This document shows, piece by piece, positions 1 through 8,073 of a DNA stretch of 40,357 nt; position 1 is the first letter of the stretch; each line of letters begins with the position of its first letter. The notes beneath the pieces are model-generated. The model worked only from the letters and a program-made list of their open reading frames with translations, made no database searches and was not told where the DNA came from. The stretch is taken from NCBI GenBank assembly GCA_025350175.1, contig JANXYF010000070.1, forward strand, positions 1 to 40,357, in the 5' to 3' direction. The position numbers and the translations under genes are program-made. The stretch is from Nitrosopumilales archaeon (GTDB lineage: Archaea; Thermoproteota; Nitrososphaeria; Nitrososphaerales; Nitrosopumilaceae).

Positions 1-186
1 GTCCTCATGGAAATCGATTTTTTGCGTGCAAGACTGGAAGATAAACTATGCGAAATCAGGTTCTGTTGCGTTGGTGAGTGATCGATTAATTTCACTCAAA
101 AATTCTCCCTGTTACAAATCGGGTGATGAATTAAAATTTACACTAGGCATTGATTCCGTTCAGGTTTTAGATTTCGTTAGTTGAAG

Positions 187-438
187 TTATGAGATTATGT
201 TAGTACCGTGTCGTAAATTCCCAGAGGCGATTCCAAATGCTATAGCACAAGCAATCATGCCTCCTACGATAGCGGCTCCATACAATTGTGCTGTACCTAG
301 TGGAGGTCCGCATGCAGTGTATGCATAGGCTTGTGCTCCACACGGTTGTTGTGCAAATGCTAAGTTAGTACCTGCAATAGTAAGTATACCTACTATCATA
401 GTGATTGCAGTCAATTTTGCCGTACTCAGGTTAACCAT
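187..438 (-). CDS. Small secreted/membrane-anchored peptide (signal peptide, two-Cys loop, C-terminal TM helix); paralogue A
   Basis: 83 aa ORF with hydrophobic N-terminus ending AFA|QQPC, a Cys-x9-Cys loop and a TM helix; clearly homologous to 1063..1311. Confidence 0.8.
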   Translation of the reverse strand: MVNLSTAKLTAITMIVGILTIAGTNLAFAQQPCGAQAYAYTACGPPLGTAQLYGAAIVGGMIACAIAFGIASGNLRHGTNIIS

Positions 439-450
439 GTACTATATACA

Positions 451-480
451 ACATCGCAATATTTACGGCTAACTAAAATT
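451..480 (-). promoter_or_regulatory. Promoter of paralogue A (30 bp identical to the promoter of paralogue B)
   Basis: AATTTTAGTTAGCCGTAAATATTGCGATGT ends 12 nt before the ATG; TAAATA lies about 27 nt upstream of the ATG (TATA position for a leaderless transcript). Confidence 0.6.
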
Positions 481-542
481 GGAACTGTTACCTTATCGGT
501 TGTTTTCTTTGACTTTTCTCTTTGTTTCCTTCGGTTGACGGT

Positions 543-770
543 TTAAGATATGTAATCTGTGATTCTTTTTTGATAGAATAATTTTCTAAGGTTGGGATCT
601 CCTACAGTTAGAACTACAATGATTATGATTGCAAGATTAATGAAAAATGTGATCGATCTGACAACAAAACTTGTTCGTAAGTAATTGAAAATAGAGATTC
701 CACATTTTTTTATAATAATTCCTATTGCTATTGTTAGTAAGTTCATTAATACAAAATTGATGTATTCCAT
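543..770 (-). CDS. Hypothetical hydrophobic protein, possibly the remnant of a longer gene starting at 890
   Basis: 75 aa ORF with two hydrophobic stretches; in-frame upstream ATG at 890 is separated by two TGA codons. Confidence 0.3.
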   Translation of the reverse strand: MEYINFVLMNLLTIAIGIIIKKCGISIFNYLRTSFVVRSITFFINLAIIIIVVLTVGDPNLRKLFYQKRITDYIS

Positions 771-1020
771 AATCCATCCAAATATAGAAGTGATAAAAAG
801 TTGTCGGATATGTCTTTTAAAATATATTCAAAACATCATACCCTGTCAGATAGTAAGTAAGTTTGATCCTACAATTAGGACACCATTCATACCTTAACGT
901 ATAATCATCACATTCAGGATTAAGACATGTAGATTCTTTTCTGCAACGAGGACAGATATGATTCTTCAAGATTCTCTCCTACTGGCATTTTGTATTAAGG
1001 TTATCCAAAATGTAAGTAGA

Positions 1021-1050
1021 AATTTTAGTTAGCCGTAAATATTGCGATGT
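1021..1050 (+). promoter_or_regulatory. Promoter of paralogue B
   Basis: Identical in sequence and ATG spacing to the element at 451-480. Confidence 0.6.
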
Positions 1051-1062
1051 CGTATATACTGT

Positions 1063-1311
1063 ATGGTTATCTTAGGTACAGTAAAACCAACTGTACTCAT
1101 TATAACGCTAGGTGTACTTGTCATAGCAGGTACTAACTTAGCATTTGCACAACAACCATGTGGAGAGCAACCTTACGTATACAATGTAGGATGCCTTCCA
1201 CTAGATACAGCACATATGGTAGGTGCCGTGTTAGTGGCAAGTATAGTTGCGTTTGCCATAGCATGTGGAGTAGTAGGCAGTCGTCATAATACAATTCCAA
1301 ACTTCAAATAA
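1063..1311 (+). CDS. Small secreted/membrane-anchored peptide; paralogue B
   Basis: ATG at 1063 aligns with the paralogue A start; shared IAGTNLAFAQQPCG; Cys-x10-Cys loop then TM helix. Confidence 0.8.
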   Translation: MVILGTVKPTVLIITLGVLVIAGTNLAFAQQPCGEQPYVYNVGCLPLDTAHMVGAVLVASIVAFAIACGVVGSRHNTIPNFK

Positions 1312-1463
1312 CAGATCATAATCCTGAACGGAGTCAGTATCTAATGTGAATTATGATCTATCAACCGATTTTGAACAGAGATAAGATCAATCGTCAATTA
1401 TACAGAACCCGAAATCAGAGAAACATACAAAACTCAAATGTACCACTCGCCCATAGTTCATTC

Positions 1464-2399
1464 ATGGTATTTCTATCGGTAAATGATCTTGACGTTCAAT
1501 ACCAAAGTCAAGGAAAAAAGGTACATGCTGTAGATCACGTATCATTTACCTTGCAAGAAAATGAGTCCATTGGTATAGCAGGAGAGAGTGGGTGTGGCAA
1601 GAGTACTTTGGGTCTTGCAATAATGAAGACACTTCAGGAAAATGCAAGTGTATCAGGTGAGATTCTTTTTGATAACAAATCAATATTGACCATTCCAGTT
1701 TCCGAGTTTACTAAAAATATCAGATGGAAACAGATAGCCATGATCTTCCAGGGAGCAATGAATTCTCTAGATCCTGTCTTTACTATTAAAAAACAATTTG
1801 AGGAGATTCTAAAAAAACATGATTTTCAAGGTGATTTTAAACAAGTCATAGAGACTGCAATATCTTCAGTAGGATTATCACATTCCATTTTAGACAAGTA
1901 CCCACATGAAATTAGTGGTGGGATGAAGCAACGAGTTGTAATTGCAATGGCACTGATTTTAAAACCAAAAATGGTGATTGCCGATGAGCCCACCACGGCG
2001 CTGGATGTTTTGGTTCAAGCACAGATAATGGCACTGTTGAAAAATCTCAAAAAAAACGGGCTTGGAATCATGTTAATCTCTCATGACTTGGGCATAATTT
2101 CCGAGATTGCAGAGAAGATAGGAATCATGTATGCAGGCCAGATTGTAGAGTTTGGCCTATTATCAGACATTTACATCAATCCAAAACATCCCTACACTAT
2201 TGCCCTATTGAATTCAATTCCCAAACTTGGTAACACTGAAAAAATCATCCCTCTGAAGGGCAATCCACCTAGCCTGATAAATCCCCCAAGTGGATGTAGG
2301 TTTTATGATAGATGTCCAAAGGCAATGGAAAAATGTAAGCAAGAACCACCTAAAATCAAGACATCGTCAGGTTTTGTCATGTGTTGGTTACACAAATAA
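1464..2399 (+). CDS. oppD: Oligopeptide/dipeptide ABC transporter ATP-binding protein (OppD/DppD-like)
   Basis: Walker A GESGCGKST, signature ISGGMKQR, Walker B IADEPTTALD, C-terminal HPYT...GCRF..RC; start moved to ATG 1464 because the upstream extension overlaps the non-coding repeat arm. Confidence 0.92.
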   Translation: MVFLSVNDLDVQYQSQGKKVHAVDHVSFTLQENESIGIAGESGCGKSTLGLAIMKTLQENASVSGEILFDNKSILTIPVSEFTKNIRWKQIAMIFQGAMNSLDPVFTIKKQFEEILKKHDFQGDFKQVIETAISSVGLSHSILDKYPHEISGGMKQRVVIAMALILKPKMVIADEPTTALDVLVQAQIMALLKNLKKNGLGIMLISHDLGIISEIAEKIGIMYAGQIVEFGLLSDIYINPKHPYTIALLNSIPKLGNTEKIIPLKGNPPSLINPPSGCRFYDRCPKAMEKCKQEPPKIKTSSGFVMCWLHK

Positions 2400-2436
2400 T
2401 TAATTTCTAAAATACTTTTAAAAATAGAAAATATTT

Positions 2437-3411
2437 CTACTTTAGACCGACGCCATTATAGTAAGAGTTGTAGACTCTCAATGCATTTGTCATAGAGGTT
2501 GCTTGTGCTTGTGCAATCATTGCATTTCTATCTCTGCCATTTGTATCAGTTGGTGTGCTAGTCAAACCATAGTAGCTTCCTTGCAAAGCACGAATGCTTT
2601 TATTGTGAATTACATTGAAGATAAATATCGCTTTCTCAAGTGAAGATGCCTCTAGAGGAGTCAAGTTGCGACCGCCATGAGTCATCTCACTGGTAATAGA
2701 ACCCGGCTTGTAAGTATATGGAATATTTGTTCCGACATATGGAGTAAGATCAAGGAATACTTGGTATCTCTTTGCAAGGTCACTGACTAGAGTAGCAGCT
2801 TGTGCCTCAGCTGTATTCTGATTTTGTGTGATCATGGTTTGTCTATCATAAGTTGCAACACTATCAGTTGGAGTACTTGGTGCAAAATTAGAATACTTTT
2901 CTTGAATCTTTACTAATTGACTCATGATATCACCTGCTTGTGCATCAGATAATGCAGTTGCACTGGCAATCATTGCATTTCTATCTCTGCCATTTGTATC
3001 AGTAGGAGTACTTGAAATTCCGGCATAGTCAGTTGCTCTAAGGTTTGCCAGTTGTGTTACATGAATAACGTCAAATTGTGCTACTGCATTCTGCATTGAA
3101 ACTTGTGCAGCAGCATCGATATTTCTGCCTCTGCTTGTTTCATCAGTTTGAGTGCTGTTCAGTCCAGTCCAGTTCCTCTTGGATGCATCCAAGTTAGCAA
3201 ACGTGTAGTAACTCATGTATTTTGCAAGAGCCTTTTGTTCTGCCATTTGTTGTCTTTCGACAATAGTAGTAGTATCATGCGTATAAGTTCCTAGATAACC
3301 GTGTGAGATATTGTCATACGGAGTAGCTGAGACTGGTTGAACATACCAAGATGAACCAGTACTGAATAGAAATCCTGAAATCATAACAACAGCTAATAAT
3401 TTGAAGTTCAC
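2437..3411 (-). CDS. Secreted protein with about 6 degenerate 45-50 aa repeats
   Basis: Signal peptide; recurring ST(P/Q)TD...R.R motif; STPTDTNGRDRNAMIA occurs twice. Confidence 0.85.
   Translation of the reverse strand: MNFKLLAVVMISGFLFSTGSSWYVQPVSATPYDNISHGYLGTYTHDTTTIVERQQMAEQKALAKYMSYYTFANLDASKRNWTGLNSTQTDETSRGRNIDAAAQVSMQNAVAQFDVIHVTQLANLRATDYAGISSTPTDTNGRDRNAMIASATALSDAQAGDIMSQLVKIQEKYSNFAPSTPTDSVATYDRQTMITQNQNTAEAQAATLVSDLAKRYQVFLDLTPYVGTNIPYTYKPGSITSEMTHGGRNLTPLEASSLEKAIFIFNVIHNKSIRALQGSYYGLTSTPTDTNGRDRNAMIAQAQATSMTNALRVYNSYYNGVGLK
2513..3003. repeat. 38-bp exact intragenic direct repeat (2513-2550 and 2966-3003)
   Basis: gcaatcattgcatttctatctctgccatttgtatcagt occurs at both positions. 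Confidence 0.95.
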
Positions 3412-3505
3412 GAATTTCTCTCATATCTTAGCCTTTTAAAACTTTGCGATGAACGGGTTTCAGCCTACTGATCGCTTGATATATTTGCGATCGTAACAAA
3501 TAGCA

Positions 3506-4471
3506 ATGGAAGAGATTCTTTCAGTCAAGAATTTAAAAAAATACTTTACAAAAAAAGGACTGTCGAGAGTAAGCAAAGATACCATTAGAGTGGCCGACGG
3601 AATATCATTTTCAATAAAAAGCGGTGAGACACTGATATTGGCCGGAGAATCAGGCTCGGGCAAGACTACAATTGCCCGCATGATACTAGGAGCTTTAGAG
3701 CCAGATTCAGGAACCATAAATTTTGAGGGAGAGGAAATTACAAATCAGCAAGACAGTCTAAAAAAAATAAGACTTGGTTGCCAGATGGTTCACCAGGACC
3801 CATATGCATCCATCAATCCCAGAATGACAGTTGTAGACATAGTAAGAGAACCGCTTGATATTCACTCCATTGGAAATAAAAAAGAAAGAGAACAGTTAGC
3901 TTTGCAAGCACTAAGCCAGGTAAATCTAGAACCAGTGGAAGAGATTGCAACAAAGTACCCTCACATGTTATCAGGTGGCCAAAGACAGAGAGTTGTGATA
4001 GCTCGTGCAATTGTTACAAAACCAAAAGTTGTCATTGCCGATGAACCTGTTTCAATGCTTGATGTATCAGTAAGAATTGGAGTGTTGGAACTTATGAAAG
4101 AATTACAAGAAAGAATGAAGATTTCTTTTCTGTACATAACACATGATTTAGCTACTGCAAATTATATCGGCAACAGAATTGCAATTTTATATCTTGGAAA
4201 GATTGTAGAGGTCGGACCAATAAATGAAATTTTATCAGGCCCACGTCATCCCTATACTCAGGCACTCATAGATTCAATTTCATATCCAGATCCAGAGAAT
4301 CTTAATAGAGATAGAAAAATTCGCATCAATGATCCTTTAGATATTGATGTGTATCAAGGCTGTAGATTCAGAGCTCGGTGTCCTTATGCCATAGAAAAAT
4401 GCAAGCAAGAACCAGAACTTGAAGAAATTTCGCAGGGTCGGCAAGCTGCGTGCTTTGTTAAGATAAACTAG
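3506..4471 (+). CDS. oppF: Oligopeptide/dipeptide ABC transporter ATP-binding protein (OppF/DppF-like)
   Basis: GESGSGKTT, QDPYASINPR, LSGGQRQR, ADEPVSMLDVS, C-terminal HPYT...GCRFRARC...AACF. Confidence 0.92.
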   Translation: MEEILSVKNLKKYFTKKGLSRVSKDTIRVADGISFSIKSGETLILAGESGSGKTTIARMILGALEPDSGTINFEGEEITNQQDSLKKIRLGCQMVHQDPYASINPRMTVVDIVREPLDIHSIGNKKEREQLALQALSQVNLEPVEEIATKYPHMLSGGQRQRVVIARAIVTKPKVVIADEPVSMLDVSVRIGVLELMKELQERMKISFLYITHDLATANYIGNRIAILYLGKIVEVGPINEILSGPRHPYTQALIDSISYPDPENLNRDRKIRINDPLDIDVYQGCRFRARCPYAIEKCKQEPELEEISQGRQAACFVKIN

Positions 4472-7400
4472 TTTGCACTTCAGATAGATTAGAAATTCTA
4501 TGTGACACCACATGGGATACACCATTTCTTGGAAATACACCATAAATGAGAGTTGCTTTCTTTACTATAGAGTCCTTAAGCGAAACCATAATCATCTGAC
4601 TTCCTTTTGATCTGTTTTCAAGTATGGTGGCAAGCCGTTCTGTATTTAATGCATCAAGATGTGCATCAACTTCATCTAAAAGATAGAAAGGAGATGGTTT
4701 TAGTTTTTGAAGTGCTAGCAAAAATGTAATTGCGGCAAGGGTTTTTTCTCCACCACTAATTGATGTAGATTCTCTTTTTGGTTTATTTGGAAACTGGACA
4801 AGATATGATATTCCTGATGAAAATATGTCATCCTCGTTTTGAATCTCAAGCCATGCATTACCTCCAGTCATCTTGCTAAATATTTCTCGGATATCCTTGT
4901 CTACTTTATCATATGATTCCAAGAAGGTCTGGCGTTTACCCTTGTCTATCTCTTCAATGAATTTGACTATAGAGTTTCTTTCTTCTTCAAGTTCGTTCTT
5001 TCTTGAAGACATGGAACGATACCCATTTGAGATTTCCACGTACATGTCAGGAGCTCTAGTATTCAAAGCAGTAGAGAGATTTCTTTTCTCGGACTCTAAT
5101 TCTATTAGCATTTGATCAACATCAAATGATTCTAAAAGTGTGTCATATCCATAAGATTCCAATGTCTTTCGAATGCGGCTTTCGTTTTCTGTGAGATCCT
5201 GAATATCACGAGATATGGAGTCAGATTGTCGCTCCATGCCGTTTACCTCTTTGCTCAAAGTCCTTTCAGATTCATACAGTCCTTTTAATTTAGAATCATA
5301 TTCTTTCAGCGTGGAAACAGATGTCCCAGAAGTAGCTATCAGCTGTTGCTCTTTTTCTCTCAAAGTTACAAGTAACATGTCCGCACTTTCTTTCTCTTTT
5401 GCAAGGGCTCTTGATTGCACTTCGATATCATATTTTTCATGGTGTAGTGACGACTGTTCTTGAGTCAAAAGCCTAACGTTTGCCTTGAACGAGTTTTCTT
5501 CATTTGCCAGGTTGGTCAAGTTACCAGTCAACTCTCTGAATTGCGATGAGATTGTACTATGCGAACTCAGAAGACTGGAGCGCTTTTCATTTAATGACGA
5601 TAGTAGACTTGCTACCCTTGTCTGGCCTTCATCTGCATAATTTTCATTAGTAAGAGAGATGCGTTCCTCAAGAGATGACTCGTATGACTGGAGTTTTGAC
5701 AAATTAACCAAGATGCTCTCTTCTCTTCTTCGTAATTGAGAAATTCTTGAGGAGTGTAGCTCTTCAGACATGTTCAGTGTTTTCAATTTTGCCTTGATAT
5801 CAGAAAGACTAAGACCTACATTTGCAAATCCAGTCTCGGATGAGTTGTACCTATTATCGAGGCTGTCCATAATTCTTTCAAGTTTTTTTAGCTGTCCCTT
5901 TTTATTTTGAATAAATCGTCGCAACAACTCTATAGATTCAACCAGTCCATCTACAGACGTACTTAGTAGAATTATTTTTGTCAGGTGAGATACCTTAGAG
6001 TTTACATCAACTATTACAGCATTTGCGTCAGCTTCAAAGAATTGTCCGTCAGTAGTTACTGATCTATATCCCTTCTTTGAAAACTCGTATGCTTTTTCCT
6101 TTGAATCTACAAGTACAATGTTTCCAAAAATGAAATTTTTAAGAGATTCAAACTTTTCTTCGCAATTGACAAACTCAGATAACACTCCAAGTACTCCAGG
6201 TTCTTTAATGATGGAAATTTTGGAGTTGGATATTGCGTCAAGTGGGATAATTCTAATCTTTGGCAATTTTTTATCTTGTGCAAATTCAGCTAGTCCAAGT
6301 AAAGTAGCAAAATCATTTACAACCAATCCTTTGAGCCAATCAGAACCAACTGCAAGCAGTGGTCGTTCATATTGTTTATCCCATGTTAGAATCTCAAAGA
6401 CTAGGCCTTGAATTCCAAGTCGCTTTGAATCTTCTTTGAGTTTTGCAATGGAATAATCTTCATGCATTACTTCTTTTACGACTTTGATCTTTGCTTCATA
6501 TTGTGCAGCAGCTTTGCTTGCTTTTTCAAAAATTAGTGTTGTTTCTTCTATGTCTTTTTCAATCTTGACACGCCTCTCACGTAGATTCCCAAGTCTTGAT
6601 TTTAGATCATTGATTACTTCTTCATGGCCTGCTCGTACTTGACGAAGTTTTCTCTCAAGGTCCAAAAGATTCTCTTTTTCTTCAAGTATGGACTTGATTC
6701 TAGATGAGTTTTGTTCTATCTTATTTTGAATATCATGACGCTCTTGTTCTAATTTGGATAAAGAAAGTTTTGTGTCGTTTAATTGGTCTGTAAGACTTCG
6801 TATCTTTTCATCAACGCGCATTTTATTTGTAGCAATCTGTGATTGTTGTTTTAACACTTGATTGATCTCAAAATCCACAGAGGCAAGTTCAACATTTGCA
6901 GTCTTTCGTGTTTCATTAATTGTTCCAATAGAATTTTTCAGCTCAATCATTTGATTTTCCAAAACAGAGCGTCTTTCATTTAATGTTGAAAGTTCAGATT
7001 GAATTTCAGGCAATCTAGAATCCACCTGTAAAAGTCTTCTTGAATTAGTAGCAAGTTTACTGTTTGCAGCTTCAAATTGATGCATTGCAGACGCAAGTTC
7101 AGAGTCAATTGCAGCTTTTGCTTGATTGTACACATTTACTTCGTCCATGAACTTTTGTTTTTCTTCTTCAAGTTTTTTTATTTCATCACGAAGTTGTGCA
7201 CGTTGTTCATCAAGTTTCTTTGATTCAGACTGGATTGCGTGTAAGTTTCGCTCCTTTGAAATTTTATTAGTTTCAATATCACGGAGTTTATTTGAAGACT
7301 GTATTGCGTATAGTCGTTTGAGTTCTTTATCTAAAACATCATATCTGAGTTGGTTATTTCTTTCTTCTTCTAACTCATCAATGCGTTTTTTGATCTCATC

Positions 7401-7991
7401 CATTCTAGCAAGTGCGATCTCAAGTCTCCTGTCTGCCTCATCGAGTTGTTTTAGTGACTCGGTCTTTTTTTCGTCAAAATATGCTAATCCTATGATATCC
7501 TCTATAATCTTCCTCCTTTCTTCAGCATTAAATTCAGAGATTCTGGTGATTGTTCCCTGCTGTACTATGTTGAGCTTGTGAATGCCACAGTTTGCTACCT
7601 CAAGGACATCTAGGACATAGTTTCGGAGTACCTTTTTTTGGTTTAAATAGTAAATATTCTCGCCATTTTCATCCATCTCACGGGTTATTATTACAGCATT
7701 AGAGTCAACAGGAATCTTTCTATCAGTATTATCAAAATGGCAGCTTACACGGGCTATTTTGGCACCGTGCTTTGCATTATCAACATCATGTAGCAATGAA
7801 CGAAGCTTGTCTACCCTCATCACTTTGGGAGAGTTTTCACCAAGCGAAAACGAGATGGCATCAAGTATGTTACTCTTACCTGAACCGTTTGCTCCAGATA
7901 TTGCGACCAATCCTTGTTCAAAATTTACTATTGTATTCTTATATCCAAATGACTTGAAGCCAAAGATCTCTAGCTTGCGTATATGTACCAA
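4458..7991 (-). CDS. smc: Chromosome segregation protein SMC
   Basis: 1177 aa; GFKSF, Walker A GANGSGKSN, long coiled coils with a central hinge, ISGGEK signature, LDEVDAHLD. Confidence 0.97.
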   Translation of the reverse strand: MVHIRKLEIFGFKSFGYKNTIVNFEQGLVAISGANGSGKSNILDAISFSLGENSPKVMRVDKLRSLLHDVDNAKHGAKIARVSCHFDNTDRKIPVDSNAVIITREMDENGENIYYLNQKKVLRNYVLDVLEVANCGIHKLNIVQQGTITRISEFNAEERRKIIEDIIGLAYFDEKKTESLKQLDEADRRLEIALARMDEIKKRIDELEEERNNQLRYDVLDKELKRLYAIQSSNKLRDIETNKISKERNLHAIQSESKKLDEQRAQLRDEIKKLEEEKQKFMDEVNVYNQAKAAIDSELASAMHQFEAANSKLATNSRRLLQVDSRLPEIQSELSTLNERRSVLENQMIELKNSIGTINETRKTANVELASVDFEINQVLKQQSQIATNKMRVDEKIRSLTDQLNDTKLSLSKLEQERHDIQNKIEQNSSRIKSILEEKENLLDLERKLRQVRAGHEEVINDLKSRLGNLRERRVKIEKDIEETTLIFEKASKAAAQYEAKIKVVKEVMHEDYSIAKLKEDSKRLGIQGLVFEILTWDKQYERPLLAVGSDWLKGLVVNDFATLLGLAEFAQDKKLPKIRIIPLDAISNSKISIIKEPGVLGVLSEFVNCEEKFESLKNFIFGNIVLVDSKEKAYEFSKKGYRSVTTDGQFFEADANAVIVDVNSKVSHLTKIILLSTSVDGLVESIELLRRFIQNKKGQLKKLERIMDSLDNRYNSSETGFANVGLSLSDIKAKLKTLNMSEELHSSRISQLRRREESILVNLSKLQSYESSLEERISLTNENYADEGQTRVASLLSSLNEKRSSLLSSHSTISSQFRELTGNLTNLANEENSFKANVRLLTQEQSSLHHEKYDIEVQSRALAKEKESADMLLVTLREKEQQLIATSGTSVSTLKEYDSKLKGLYESERTLSKEVNGMERQSDSISRDIQDLTENESRIRKTLESYGYDTLLESFDVDQMLIELESEKRNLSTALNTRAPDMYVEISNGYRSMSSRKNELEEERNSIVKFIEEIDKGKRQTFLESYDKVDKDIREIFSKMTGGNAWLEIQNEDDIFSSGISYLVQFPNKPKRESTSISGGEKTLAAITFLLALQKLKPSPFYLLDEVDAHLDALNTERLATILENRSKGSQMIMVSLKDSIVKKATLIYGVFPRNGVSHVVSHRISNLSEVQTSLS

Positions 7992-8073
7992 TGCTTCCGA
8001 TAACCTTTGAGCTGAAATAACAGATTATTGCCAAGTTTCATTGAGCTGCTGAATAAAAATTCTAATGTGATAT

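Larger units (their letters stand above)
110..1378. repeat. Imperfect inverted duplication (arms about 110..480 and 1021..1378)
   Basis: 451-480 is the exact reverse complement of 1021-1050 (30 bp); 344-375 is the exact reverse complement of 1126-1157 (32 bp); similarity continues through both genes and their 3' non-coding flanks. Confidence 0.9.

Noticed and set aside
828-848. Selenocysteine readthrough of the two in-frame TGA codons, given a SelB-like gene in the window
   Set aside because: The contexts are not redox motifs, no SECIS-like hairpin is evident, and aSelBL lacks an intact G domain and is not known to insert Sec.
685-897. 70 aa plus-strand ORF in the spacer
   Set aside because: TTG start, overlaps the opposite-strand ORF and has no recognisable motif; probably a chance ORF in AT-rich DNA.
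187-1311. Small peptides as thaumarchaeosortase substrates
   Set aside because: They lack the PEFG-type motif before the TM helix expected for that sortase family, and the sortase gene is 14 kb away.
2513-3003. 38-bp direct repeat as a diversity-generating retroelement template/variable pair
   Set aside because: The copies are identical rather than differing at adenines, both lie inside one CDS, and no RT is present.
4873-8010. Ser/Phe-rich plus-strand ORFs inside smc, and similar antisense ORFs in cdc48, mrp, rpo7, nadC and the GGR gene
   Set aside because: Antisense shadows of well-supported genes.
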